Part shown: in pieces, positions 10,992-21,601 of the stretch
Position numbering within the stretch: the stretch's first letter is position 1
Layout of the letters: the number at the start of each line of letters is the position of its first letter
From: Minisyncoccota bacterium
Lineage (GTDB): Bacteria; Patescibacteriota; Microgenomatia; UBA1400; PJMF01
Assembly (NCBI GenBank): GCA_012515515.1
Contig: JAAYYE010000012.1
Coordinates: forward strand, 48,604-112,603
DNA length: 64,000 nt
Reading direction: 5' to 3'
Notes under the pieces: model-generated
Databases searched by the model: none
Told to the model about the DNA's origin: nothing
The model's input: only the letters and a program-made list of their open reading frames with translations
Position numbers and translations under genes: made by a program

Positions 10992-11381
10992 ATGAATAAA
11001 AATCTTAAACAAATCTTTGAGCACCCCCTAATGGTTATTTTAATCAGTATTTTGGCAGTTTTATTAATCCTCTCTCTGCAAGAAAACAAGCGTAAGGCGC
11101 AAAGCAGTAGTCAAAATTTGCAAAAAAATCAAGAACACATAGCACTTTTTAAAGAAACAGTCATGGAAAAAGAAGCCTTTTATGAGCAAACTAAAAGCGA
11201 CCTATATAAAGAAAGGCTCAGAAGGAACGAGTTAGTCAAAAATAAAAAGGGAGAAACGGTTATACTAATACCTGAAGCAAATTTTGACGAAATAAATTAT
11301 AATCAAGAAAGCACGCCAGACAAACTTGATTATAGAGTGCAAAATTGGAAATCTTGGTGGCAATTACTAACTATTAATTAG
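10992..11381 (+). CDS. Septum formation initiator-like protein (FtsB/DivIC family), single N-terminal TM + coiled coil
   Basis: TM helix MVILISILAVLLILSL, coiled coil, C-terminal ERLRRNELVKNKKGETVILIPE resembling FtsB ARExLGxVKPGE motif. Confidence 0.45.
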   Translation: MNKNLKQIFEHPLMVILISILAVLLILSLQENKRKAQSSSQNLQKNQEHIALFKETVMEKEAFYEQTKSDLYKERLRRNELVKNKKGETVILIPEANFDEINYNQESTPDKLDYRVQNWKSWWQLLTIN

Positions 11382-11401
11382 TCTGGGAAAGGTCAAATAA
11401 T

Positions 11402-12166
11402 ATGCAATATTTTAACTTTGAGGGCCAAACTGCTTTAGTAACTGGTGCTTCGAGTGGCTTAGGGAGGCAATTTGCCTTGCTTTTAGCTAAAGCCGGAGCT
11501 GATGTGGCCATTGCTGCTCGCCGAGAAGACAAGCTTCAAGAAGTAGCCAAAGAAATCGAAGCCCTTGGTAGAAAAGCCTTAGTTTTAGTCATGGACGTAA
11601 CCAAAGAAGCTGAAATTGCTGCTGGCTTTGCGAAAGTTAAAAGTGAGTGGCAAAAACTAGATATTGTGGTTAACAACGCGGGCACATCAGCCATAGCCCC
11701 CGCTGAAGAAATGTCATTAGAGGATTGGCAAAAGGTGCTTGATGTTAATTTAACTGGCGTTTTCCTGGTAGCCAAGCATGCCGGTTCTTTAATGAAAGAG
11801 CAAAAATTTGGCCGAGTCATCAATATTGCTTCGATGTTTGGCTTGGTGGCTAATAGTGCTTTCACAGTCGCCAATTATCATGCCACCAAGGGCGCGGTCG
11901 TTAATTTAACACGAGCGCTAGCTGCAGAATGGGCAAAATATAATATTACCGTCAACGCTATCGGACCAGGATTTTTTGAATCTGAAATGACAGGTGCTTT
12001 TATTAATACTGGAGATTTTAAACAATATGTAGCCATTAGTTGTCCAATGCAAAGAGTTGGTAAGGATGGAGAACTAAACACCGCTTTGCTTTTTCTAGCT
12101 GATAAAGCCAGCAGTTATATTACTGGTCAAACTATTGCCGTTGACGGTGGCTGGACAGCCATATAA
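11402..12166 (+). CDS. Short-chain dehydrogenase/reductase (FabG/gluconate-5-dehydrogenase-like)
   Basis: TGASSGLGR Rossmann motif, NNAG, catalytic YxxxK (YHATK). Confidence 0.8.
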   Translation: MQYFNFEGQTALVTGASSGLGRQFALLLAKAGADVAIAARREDKLQEVAKEIEALGRKALVLVMDVTKEAEIAAGFAKVKSEWQKLDIVVNNAGTSAIAPAEEMSLEDWQKVLDVNLTGVFLVAKHAGSLMKEQKFGRVINIASMFGLVANSAFTVANYHATKGAVVNLTRALAAEWAKYNITVNAIGPGFFESEMTGAFINTGDFKQYVAISCPMQRVGKDGELNTALLFLADKASSYITGQTIAVDGGWTAI

Positions 12167-12201
12167 TTCTGGAAAAATTTGAGAATAAATATTAAATAAT
12201 G

Positions 12202-12270
12202 TTGCGGGACTAGGAGTCGAACCTAGCCTGTGGGATTATGAGCCCCACGTGCACCGTACACTATCCCGCG
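12202..12270 (-). tRNA. Initiator tRNA-fMet (anticodon CAU)
   Basis: Minus-strand CGCGGGA-T-A...TGGGG-CTCATAA-TCCCA...CTAGG-TTCGACT-CCTAG-TCCCGCA-A; C1.A72 mismatch and G29-G31 run in anticodon stem are initiator hallmarks; no encoded CCA. Confidence 0.75.
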
Positions 12271-12273
12271 ACT

Positions 12274-12352
12274 TATTCTTGTATTATAGCTTAAGTTCAG
12301 CTTGTTTTTCAAGAGAAAAAACCTTAAAATATCCCCGACTAGTTAATCTAGC
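12274..12352. promoter_or_regulatory. Back-to-back divergent promoters for the two CAU tRNAs
   Basis: Plus: TTGTTT-17-TAAAAT; minus: TTGAAA-18-TATAAT, overlapping in the 80-bp spacer. Confidence 0.35.
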
Positions 12353-12426
12353 GGCGAGGTAGCTCAGTTGGTTAGAGCATCGGATTCATAAACCGAAGGT
12401 CGTGAGTTCAACTCTCACCCTCGCTA
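12353..12426 (+). tRNA. tRNA with CAU anticodon, elongator tRNA-Met or tRNA-Ile2 (lysidine)
   Basis: GGCGAGG-TA-GCTCAGTTGGTTAGAGC-A-TCGGA-TTCATAA-ACCGA-AGGTC-GTGAG-TTCAACT-CTCAC-CCTCGCT-A; normal 1:72 pair; A31.A39 mismatch; identity cannot be settled by eye. Confidence 0.7.
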
Positions 12427-14094
12427 CAAAGGTATTTTTAAATTATCACTTAATAAAAATCCTGGTGTTTCCCGATCGTCAAGATAACTTTGCTCTACAG
12501 TTCTTAGCTTTTCTGGACGACCATCACGACAATTGGCTGGAGTAATATACAAGGTTCTACCCTCAAACTCTGGAAAGCCACATGAGTCTTGGTAAAATTT
12601 AAATTTGCCAATTGTATAATTAGCCTCATAACGTGCCAGTGGTTGAGCTTGAACCTCTTCAATAGAAATTAAACCTTCTAGCCACAAATAAATATACATT
12701 TCTCTTAAGTCACTACTAAAAACAAGCTGATCATAATCATTGAGATGATCCTTAATTAAGGGCGTGACAATCTCATAATGACGACTGCGAGCATTGGTGT
12801 AAATAATTGGTGTAGCAATAAAATATTGCTGAATAAAATAAGCAAGACTCCAAACATATAACAAAACAGTGATTGCGGCAAATAAAAAATTCCATTTACG
12901 CTTCAAGTTTTTTAAAATATGAAAAATATATTCTAAACCCAGCGCAATAATCAGGCTTAGAGGCAAAATTAAATTAAAAGAGCGAATACTACTGGGAATT
13001 TCTTCGGTGGTGAGAGCAGCTGGAATCGGAGCTAAGACTAACAAAATTAAAACGAAAGGAATTAAATTTGCATATTTTTTATACTTTATTAATCGTGCCA
13101 AACCGAAAAAAAATAAAATTATTTCAAAAAAATAAAATAAACCATGTTCTAAAACAATAAATCTCCTAGTTGCTCCACCAGTGATAAATAAATAGTTAAG
13201 ATTAAAATGTGCCAAATAGTTCTCAAAAAAATATCTAAAATAGAAAAATGGCTTATTATAAAAGCCCCTAAGCAATAACAACGGGGTCTGACCAGTGCTT
13301 TTAGTAGTAAATTGAAAAATTAAGGCTTTTGGCAAGTCATTATTTAAAACTCCAATTGCTGAAAATCTAGTCAAAGCAGAACTCAGAGTTAAAATGAAGG
13401 ATAAAAAAATTAAAGCCAATAAAATTAAATAAGTTTTTTTAAGTCTTTTAGAATTTTTTCTTAATACATTTAATAAAAAGTAGATACTATAAAAACCAAA
13501 CAAAATGATTTTATTTGAATGATAACTGTACATTCCTAAAATGGCAGTTAGAAAAAATAAAAAATAGTGGGTTGGTTGAGTTTTTGTGCTTCTAGTAATT
13601 TTTAACAATAAGATTAAATTTGCCACTAACAACATAAAGCCAAGAATCACTTCCTCTGTGGCTCGTGAATTAACAATGTGCCACGGTGAAATGCTTAATA
13701 GCAACATGGCTAATAGAGCTAAGCGTTTATTATTATTGCTGAGTTCCTTAACCAGATAATAAAACAATACAATTGAAACTACTCCAATTAAAGCCGATGG
13801 CAAACGTGAGGCGAAAATATTTTTACCAAAAATAGCCAAAAATGGAACTTGCAAGTATGAATATAAGGCTGGCTTCGGATCAATTAGAGAATTTAACTGA
13901 ATCGGTAAAGACTGTCCGTCTTCATCCTTCAGCGTTTCTAAAATAGCGCTCGAATTAATTAAAAAAGAGGCCTCATCAGCCTGCAAACCTTTCGGAACTT
14001 CCCCTAGTCGATAAATTCTTAAAAAACTAGCCAGTAAAAGAATTAAAGCAAAAAGTAGTCTAGTTAGATTTTGTTTGTTAAAAATTTTTATCAT
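12424..14094 (-). CDS. GT-C fold membrane glycosyltransferase, ArnT/PMT (GT39/GT83)-like
   Basis: About 12 TM helices, N-terminal RLGEVPKGLQADEASF loop motif characteristic of ArnT/PMT_2 family, large C-terminal periplasmic domain. Confidence 0.55.
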   Translation of the reverse strand: MIKIFNKQNLTRLLFALILLLASFLRIYRLGEVPKGLQADEASFLINSSAILETLKDEDGQSLPIQLNSLIDPKPALYSYLQVPFLAIFGKNIFASRLPSALIGVVSIVLFYYLVKELSNNNKRLALLAMLLLSISPWHIVNSRATEEVILGFMLLVANLILLLKITRSTKTQPTHYFLFFLTAILGMYSYHSNKIILFGFYSIYFLLNVLRKNSKRLKKTYLILLALIFLSFILTLSSALTRFSAIGVLNNDLPKALIFQFTTKSTGQTPLLLLRGFYNKPFFYFRYFFENYLAHFNLNYLFITGGATRRFIVLEHGLFYFFEIILFFFGLARLIKYKKYANLIPFVLILLVLAPIPAALTTEEIPSSIRSFNLILPLSLIIALGLEYIFHILKNLKRKWNFLFAAITVLLYVWSLAYFIQQYFIATPIIYTNARSRHYEIVTPLIKDHLNDYDQLVFSSDLREMYIYLWLEGLISIEEVQAQPLARYEANYTIGKFKFYQDSCGFPEFEGRTLYITPANCRDGRPEKLRTVEQSYLDDRETPGFLLSDNLKIPL

Positions 14095-14126
14095 TCACTT
14101 GTATTATAGAACTTATTACCAATATT

Positions 14127-14156
14127 AAAAAAGGGAGTCATCAGACTCCCTTTTTA
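14127..14156 (-). terminator. Rho-independent terminator downstream of groEL (bidirectional hairpin)
   Basis: GGGAGTC-ATCA-GACTCCC (14133-14150) flanked by A-run and T-run. Confidence 0.6.
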
Positions 14157-14209
14157 ATCTCAGCGGTAACAATTTTTACATCACACCTGGTTTTACATCA
14201 TGCCTAGTT

Positions 14210-15862
<1,653 letters not shown>

Positions 15863-15875
15863 TTATTCAAATTAA

Positions 15876-16178
15876 TTATTTAATAATTGCTAAAATATCC
15901 TCAAATTTCAAAATTTGATATTCAATATCGTCAACAGTAACTTCGTTACCGCCCCATTTTTTGTAAAGCACTTTATCAGCAACTTTAGCAGGAGCTTTAA
16001 TTTCATGACCATCCTCATGGATGGATGCGCCAACAGCCAACACTTGCCCATACTGAGGCTTTTCACTATCATTAACAGCTAAAATAATTCCTGAAGCAGT
16101 TTGCTTTTCTTGCTCAGCTGGTTTAACTAAAATGTAGCCAGCAGTAGGTTGTAATTTTTTTATTGCTAACTTTGACAT
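15876..16178 (-). CDS. groS: Co-chaperonin GroES
   Basis: LKPLxDRVLVK-type N-terminus (IKKLQPTAGYILVKPAEQE), 100 aa, immediately upstream of groEL. Confidence 0.9.
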   Translation of the reverse strand: MSKLAIKKLQPTAGYILVKPAEQEKQTASGIILAVNDSEKPQYGQVLAVGASIHEDGHEIKAPAKVADKVLYKKWGGNEVTVDDIEYQILKFEDILAIIK

Positions 16179-16275
16179 AAAAACCTTTCTCGGTATTTTA
16201 ATTTTTAGTAGCTATTAAATTTGATGAATAATTTGAGTCATCAAAGCGAATAAAAGTTAACACGAATTATCAATT

Positions 16276-16302
16276 TTAGCAAGTGGTGAATTAGACTGCT
16301 AA
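16276..16302. promoter_or_regulatory. CIRCE-like operator upstream of groES (TTAGCA-N15-TGCTAA core)
   Basis: TTAGCAAGT-GGTGAATTA-GACTGCTAA about 100 nt upstream of groES ATG; core hexamers perfect at canonical spacing, inner arm bases imperfect. Confidence 0.5.
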
Positions 16303-16727
16303 TTTATCGATAATTGATTATTTATTAAAAAAATCGTATTCATCAAGTTAATTACCTTGTTGATTTCGTCAGCCAGTTGGAGAGAGAGCTGAGAATGCTC
16401 GCCCGCCACTCTTAGCGCGTTTAAAGATAAATTAGAATCCTGAATAATTAATTCGCCCAATTGGATGACAAGTTGTTGGTGCCCATCTAACCACTGAGAC
16501 CTCTCCTTCTCCGATTTAAAGCTAATCTTTTCTAAAAATGCTGATAATTTTTGCGCTTCAAGCAGTTTTAATTGTAAATTAAATTCCAACTGCTGGCTTT
16601 CAAGATAATCATCGGGCTGCTGATTTAAGGATAAAGTTTTGATAGACTCTGCAAATTGTTCCTCATCTAATGAGTAACGCAATTTAATTTCATTTAATAA
16701 GTCTCGTAAATGATCGTTTTTTGCCAT
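16299..16727 (-). CDS. Hypothetical coiled-coil protein
   Basis: ORF only; Q/L-rich predicted coiled coil, no recognizable motif. Confidence 0.3.
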   Translation of the reverse strand: MAKNDHLRDLLNEIKLRYSLDEEQFAESIKTLSLNQQPDDYLESQQLEFNLQLKLLEAQKLSAFLEKISFKSEKERSQWLDGHQQLVIQLGELIIQDSNLSLNALRVAGEHSQLSLQLADEINKVINLMNTIFLINNQLSIN

Positions 16728-16775
16728 ATTTCAGGTATAATAACCAGCCTAAGAGCCTTTATCATACTAGAGAAA

Positions 16776-17876
16776 ATGAAAATTATAAAGTTAAATTTAG
16801 CATTAGCAAAAAAAGCCAAGATTACTCAAGTCATTAATGAGGCAATTGCGGTGATTAATGGTGGAGGTCTATTAATTTATCCAACTGAAACAACTTATGG
16901 CATTGGCGCTGATCCGCATAATCAACAAGCAGTTGATAAAGTGCTTCAGTATAAAAGTCGCCGTGAAGGTAAGCCTTTGTCGCTAGCTGTTGCTGATCGT
17001 GCTATGGCTGAAAGATACGTGGCGATTAATGATCAAGCCCAAAATTTTTATCAACGTTTTTTACCTGGACCATACACCGTCATTTCGGAATTAAAAACTA
17101 ATTGTCACATTGATCCGCGCGTGGCCAGTGAATTTGGCACCTTGGGCATTCGCATTCCCAACTATCCTTTTACTTTAGAGTTGCTTAAACAATTAGACCG
17201 TGCCATTACTGCCACTAGTGCTAATGCTTCTGATAAAAAACGCCCCTATCAGATTAATGACATTTTAGAAAATATTAGTGATAAGCAGAAAAAATTAATT
17301 GATCTAATTATTGATGTTGGCCAGCTTGAAAAAAATGAACCATCGGTAGTAATCGACACCACTTTATCAACCCCACTAACTATACGTGGTCAATTAGACA
17401 AACAAGCGGATTTTATTGAATTTAGTTCGCAAAGTGCTAATGAAACTCAAGAATTAGCTAAGCGCTTGATGCTTAAAAATTGGCATAAACTCAAAAAACA
17501 AGGCTTGCTCTTTGTTATGAATGGCGAACTGGGCATGGGTAAAACAGTTTTTGCCAAAGGTATAGCTAAATTTTTACACATCCAAGAAGAAATCACTTCA
17601 CCAACTTACAGTTATCTTAATGAATATGCCTTTCAAAAAGAAAACACTCAGGGTGTTTTTTATCACTTAGATGCCTGGAAAATTGATCAACAGGCAGAAT
17701 TTGCTTTACTAAAAATTGATCGCTTACTGAAAGCAAACAATGTTATCTTAATCGAATGGTGGGATAAGGTTGCCGATTTCTTAACAGAGGAAATCAAAAA
17801 GCAAGCTATTGTTCTAGAGTTAAGTGGCCATGACAATTGGCGTAAAATTAAATTATGGGAAACAAAGAAAAATTAA
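16776..17876 (+). CDS. tsaC-tsaE: Fusion protein: YrdC/TsaC (L-threonylcarbamoyladenylate synthase domain) + TsaE (t6A ATPase)
   Basis: N-half LLIYPTETTYGIGAD (YrdC/Sua5 fold); C-half FVMNGELGMGKTVFAKGIAKFL...TSPTYSYLNEY (TsaE/YjeE P-loop and SPTF motif); likely start MKIIKL at 16776. Confidence 0.75.
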   Translation: MKIIKLNLALAKKAKITQVINEAIAVINGGGLLIYPTETTYGIGADPHNQQAVDKVLQYKSRREGKPLSLAVADRAMAERYVAINDQAQNFYQRFLPGPYTVISELKTNCHIDPRVASEFGTLGIRIPNYPFTLELLKQLDRAITATSANASDKKRPYQINDILENISDKQKKLIDLIIDVGQLEKNEPSVVIDTTLSTPLTIRGQLDKQADFIEFSSQSANETQELAKRLMLKNWHKLKKQGLLFVMNGELGMGKTVFAKGIAKFLHIQEEITSPTYSYLNEYAFQKENTQGVFYHLDAWKIDQQAEFALLKIDRLLKANNVILIEWWDKVADFLTEEIKKQAIVLELSGHDNWRKIKLWETKKN

Positions 17877-19009
17877 TTCTCGCTATCGATACTAGTTGCG
17901 ATGATACCAGTGTCGCGGTGCTGGCTGGCACTCGCGTCTTAGCCAATGTGCAAGCATCTCAAACTAATATTCATCAGCAGTATGGCGGAGTGTTTCCTAC
18001 TTTAGCCAAACAAGCCCACCAAGAACATATTGCTGACTGTGTAGATTTAGCGCTTAAAAGAGCTGGTTTATCGAATAGCAAGGAGCAAAAAACTAACTTG
18101 GACGCTTTAGCCGTCACTGTCGGACCGGGTCTCGCTCCAGCTTTAGAGGTCGGCATTAACTATGCTAAAAAATTAGCGCAAAAGTGGCAGACTCCTCTTA
18201 TTCCCATTAATCACATTGAAGCGCACGCTATTTCTCCACTACTTAATCCACAAACTTGCCAAGCACCGCGCACAGTAAATTTTCCGGTTTTAGCTCTCGT
18301 TATTTCTGGCGGTCATAGTGAATTTATTTTAATTAAAAAAATTGGAGATTATGAGCGCCTCGGCTGGACCGTTGATGATAGCGCTGGCGAATGTCTTGAT
18401 AAAATTGGCCGGATGCTCGATTTGGGTTATCCAGCCGGACCAGTTTTAGAAAAATTGGCAAAAAAAGGCAAGTCAAATCGCTGGCCTTTGCCTTTAGCGA
18501 TGACTGCTGTCGAAAATTTTAATCTTAGTTTTTCTGGACTGAAAACGGCTGGTCATCAGCTAATTAATCAACTCTCAGCAAAACAGCCATTAGATGCCCA
18601 AAGCGTTTGTGATCTAGCAGCCTGTGTGCAAAAACAGGTTTTTGCGCAAATTAATTTCAAACTGGAAAGAATTCTGTTTAGCCCAGATTTAAAGAAAACA
18701 ACTTACCCCAATAAACAATATCTCAAAAAAATTAAGCGCCAAGAAATTCAAGCCCCAGTGACCGAGATCAATGAAGTTTGGCTGGGTGGTGGTGTGGCAG
18801 CTAATATAGTTTTGCGAGCTAGTATTAGAAAAACCTTAAGCAATTACCAAAAAATTACAAAGAAAAAAATTAAACTTTTTTTACCTTATCATAAAAAATT
18901 TTGTGCTGATAATGCTGCCATGATTGCCCTCGTCGCTCAGTTTCGCTCATTGAAAAAAAATTATCATCCTCAAGAGTTAGATCGTCAGCCCAATCTAAAA
19001 ATCGGCTAG
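17855..19009 (+). CDS. tsaD: tRNA N6-adenosine threonylcarbamoyltransferase TsaD (Kae1/YgjD)
   Basis: LAIDTSCDDTSVAVL, HxxxH metal site region (HIEAHA), ASKHP fold; overlaps upstream gene by 22 nt. Confidence 0.85.
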   Translation: MGNKEKLILAIDTSCDDTSVAVLAGTRVLANVQASQTNIHQQYGGVFPTLAKQAHQEHIADCVDLALKRAGLSNSKEQKTNLDALAVTVGPGLAPALEVGINYAKKLAQKWQTPLIPINHIEAHAISPLLNPQTCQAPRTVNFPVLALVISGGHSEFILIKKIGDYERLGWTVDDSAGECLDKIGRMLDLGYPAGPVLEKLAKKGKSNRWPLPLAMTAVENFNLSFSGLKTAGHQLINQLSAKQPLDAQSVCDLAACVQKQVFAQINFKLERILFSPDLKKTTYPNKQYLKKIKRQEIQAPVTEINEVWLGGGVAANIVLRASIRKTLSNYQKITKKKIKLFLPYHKKFCADNAAMIALVAQFRSLKKNYHPQELDRQPNLKIG

Positions 19010-19037
19010 CTTTGCCAAGCGTGATAAAATGTGAGTA

Positions 19038-20798
19038 GTGCAAGAACTAGTCTTGTTTCCTCTACTCGCCAAATCCCAAGCCCACTATTTTGTTGCTGCT
19101 TTTTATAATAAACAAGAAAATTTAATTGTTGCTTTTAGTCTGCAGGGGCCAGATGCTCATTTTTTTGGTAAGGATCTGCAATTAAAAATGTTTAATTGGC
19201 AATTTAAGGGTGCTGAAGAATTACATCTTGCTTTGCTTGACCTTAATAAAGAATGTCGCCTAAACAAATTGCAATTAAATTTTGCCATTAGCTTAAAACT
19301 GCATAAGCAACTAATACTGGTCTGCCAAGGCGGGAGTATCTTGCTCAAGCGTCATCAACAACTTAAAGAATTATTAAGTAGTCAACATGAGATACAAATG
19401 GTGGTTGGTCAATATGCTGAAAATGACCAATTATTATTAATAGCTGGTAATCATTTATTGGGGCAAGTTATTTTAGAAAAAAGTCTAAGTCAATCATTAG
19501 AACTTATTCTCGAGGAAAAACTTAATGATTACCTCAAGAATAATTTTAAAACTGCCTTAGTCTTATGGCGTTATCAGGCCAAAGAAAAAATTGTTTGGAC
19601 AAAAAAGCTTGCTCAACTAAAAACTTATATCAATCGGCTTAAATTAATGCCTGCTAAACTTACTAGTCTTTGGAGAAAAATAAAAGACCTCCGACAAGAA
19701 CAAAAAAAACGCTATCAAAAAATATTTATAGCTGCTGGGGCAATTATTTTCATCACGATGATTGCCACTCTGCTCTGGCAACATCAGCAAGAAAAAACCC
19801 TAGATAGCATTGGGCAAGAAATTAGCTCAATAATTCCCAGTGACGAAGAATTGTTGTTGTTAAGTGCTACTCAGCCCGTGCTAGCCAGAGAAAAAATAAG
19901 CAAAAGTCAAGCAACTTTGCAAGAATTGTTGACTGAAACAAGTTCACGAACAGCCAAAAAGAAAATAGAGGCAGAAATTGAGCAATTACAAGCGATTGCT
20001 GAAAAATTAAGCAGTGAAAATAATCTGGATCAATTGGTCATTTATAGCAATTGGTACGATAGTTATCCCAATTTTTTAGGCAAAAAAATCCTGAGTAGTC
20101 CCCAAGGTTTGATAGTCGCTAATGATCAAAAAAATCAATTATTGCTCATCAAAGAACAAAACAATTTTTCCTTGTGGGAAAATGATTTTCAAGATTTCGC
20201 TGTTGATCGAAGTAACAGTGATCAACTCAACATTTTCATCAAAAACCAAGGTATTAAATATTTGAATTGGGAAAATGCAAATCTAAGTGAATTAAAAAGT
20301 GAAGGAGATTCGGATCGAGATGCCTTATTACTCGAAAGTTATCAAGCTTATCTCTATTTATTGAATCCAGAAAAGCGTAACATTTATCGTTACACTTTAA
20401 GAGGTGGAGAATTAAGCGAAGCAATTGGTTGGTTGGTCGAAAAACAAGGCATTAATTTTGCCGATATTAGCGACCTGAATGTCGACGGCAATCTTTGGTT
20501 AACTTTTAAAGACGCTGAAATTATGAAATTTGATAGAGGTTATCAAGAAGAATTTTCATTAAGCGGTTTGGAACAAATGCCCAATAGCTCGCTTTTAATA
20601 GCTACCCAAGAAAATGCCGATAAGCTTGTTTTCTTAGACACAGGCAATAATCGCTTAATCGTCACTACCAGGGAGGGTCAGTTAATTAGTGAAATCAAAA
20701 GTAATGAGTTAGCTGGGGTGAGCGATATTGTTTTAGCTGATGATGGTCAAAGCTGTTTTGCTTTGAGCGGTTCGGTTATTTATCAAATCCAACTGTAA
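19038..20798 (+). CDS. Hypothetical membrane protein, cytoplasmic N-domain, one TM, C-terminal beta-propeller/NHL-like repeats
   Basis: TM IFIAAGAIIFITMIATLLW at about residue 235; C-terminal LVFLDTGNNRLIVTTREGQLISEI resembles NHL repeat. Confidence 0.3.
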   Translation: MQELVLFPLLAKSQAHYFVAAFYNKQENLIVAFSLQGPDAHFFGKDLQLKMFNWQFKGAEELHLALLDLNKECRLNKLQLNFAISLKLHKQLILVCQGGSILLKRHQQLKELLSSQHEIQMVVGQYAENDQLLLIAGNHLLGQVILEKSLSQSLELILEEKLNDYLKNNFKTALVLWRYQAKEKIVWTKKLAQLKTYINRLKLMPAKLTSLWRKIKDLRQEQKKRYQKIFIAAGAIIFITMIATLLWQHQQEKTLDSIGQEISSIIPSDEELLLLSATQPVLAREKISKSQATLQELLTETSSRTAKKKIEAEIEQLQAIAEKLSSENNLDQLVIYSNWYDSYPNFLGKKILSSPQGLIVANDQKNQLLLIKEQNNFSLWENDFQDFAVDRSNSDQLNIFIKNQGIKYLNWENANLSELKSEGDSDRDALLLESYQAYLYLLNPEKRNIYRYTLRGGELSEAIGWLVEKQGINFADISDLNVDGNLWLTFKDAEIMKFDRGYQEEFSLSGLEQMPNSSLLIATQENADKLVFLDTGNNRLIVTTREGQLISEIKSNELAGVSDIVLADDGQSCFALSGSVIYQIQL

Positions 20799-20816
20799 AA
20801 CTGTTACAATATAGCC

Positions 20817-21287
20817 ATGTTATTGTTAAAAAATAAAAAGGCTTATTTTGACTATAAATTAGAAAAAAAGTATCAAGCTGGGATTGTTTTAAGTGGAGCT
20901 GAAGTTAAAAGTTTAAGATTAAAACATGCAAGTTTAGCGGGTAGTTATGTTAAGGCTTTAGTCAATAAAAACAAACAAGCTGAACTATATCTGATCAATG
21001 CCCAAATTAATGCTTATCGCTTTGCTAATCAACATGATGATTACGATCCTAAAAGAAGTCGCAAATTATTACTCAAAAGAAAAGAAATCGAAGAGCTGTT
21101 GCAGAGTAGCGAACAACAATCTTACAGTATTATCCCCTTAGCTTTTATTCTAGAACGAAATTACATTAAGCTAGAAATAGCCCTTGCCAAAGGTAAAAAA
21201 GTTTTTGAAAAAAGAGAAACTCTGAAAAAGAAGGATTTGAGAAGAGAAATGGGCAAAAAATTAAAACTTAGTCAAATAAAAATTTAA
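20817..21287 (+). CDS. smpB: SsrA-binding protein SmpB
   Basis: KKAYFDYKLEKKYQAGIVLSGAEVKSLR typical SmpB N-terminus. Confidence 0.85.
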   Translation: MLLLKNKKAYFDYKLEKKYQAGIVLSGAEVKSLRLKHASLAGSYVKALVNKNKQAELYLINAQINAYRFANQHDDYDPKRSRKLLLKRKEIEELLQSSEQQSYSIIPLAFILERNYIKLEIALAKGKKVFEKRETLKKKDLRREMGKKLKLSQIKI

Positions 21288-21313
21288 AAGTCACTCTTGC
21301 TTGTCGCCTCGTT

Positions 21314-21571
21314 TTGTTTTTTAATAGAAGGTATCAATTAAAAAAGGAAAATATGCCTAAAAGAGTTTTTTGGCCTGCCACCTTAGTAATTATGGGTCTT
21401 ATTTCCATGGCCTCAAGCATGGGATTTCTACCAGAAATGTTTTGGAATCTCTGGCCAATAATTATGATTTTAGTTGGTTTGGGTGGATTAATTACTTCTG
21501 ATCAAGAAGAATGGCTTATTAAACCCAGCAGCAAACCAGCCAAAAGAAAAAAAACTGCCCGCAAAAAATAA
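21314..21571 (+). CDS. Small hypothetical membrane protein
   Basis: Two predicted TM helices, basic C-tail; ORF only. Confidence 0.3.
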   Translation: MFFNRRYQLKKENMPKRVFWPATLVIMGLISMASSMGFLPEMFWNLWPIIMILVGLGGLITSDQEEWLIKPSSKPAKRKKTARKK

Positions 21572-21601
21572 TAATAATATTAATTTAGTCGGAAACTCTT
21601 T

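Noticed and set aside
10022-12426. Xer-type recombinase near tRNA genes as a sign of an integrated mobile element
   Set aside because: The recombinase is 1.3 kb from the tRNAs, separated by housekeeping genes. There are no flanking direct repeats and no phage or conjugation genes adjacent. It is more likely the chromosomal XerC/D.
16179-16298. Attempt to define a canonical -35/-10 promoter for groES around the CIRCE
   Set aside because: Only weak candidates exist (TTAGCA-18-TAAAAT overlapping the CIRCE). This is not convincing enough to annotate, so only the operator is reported.
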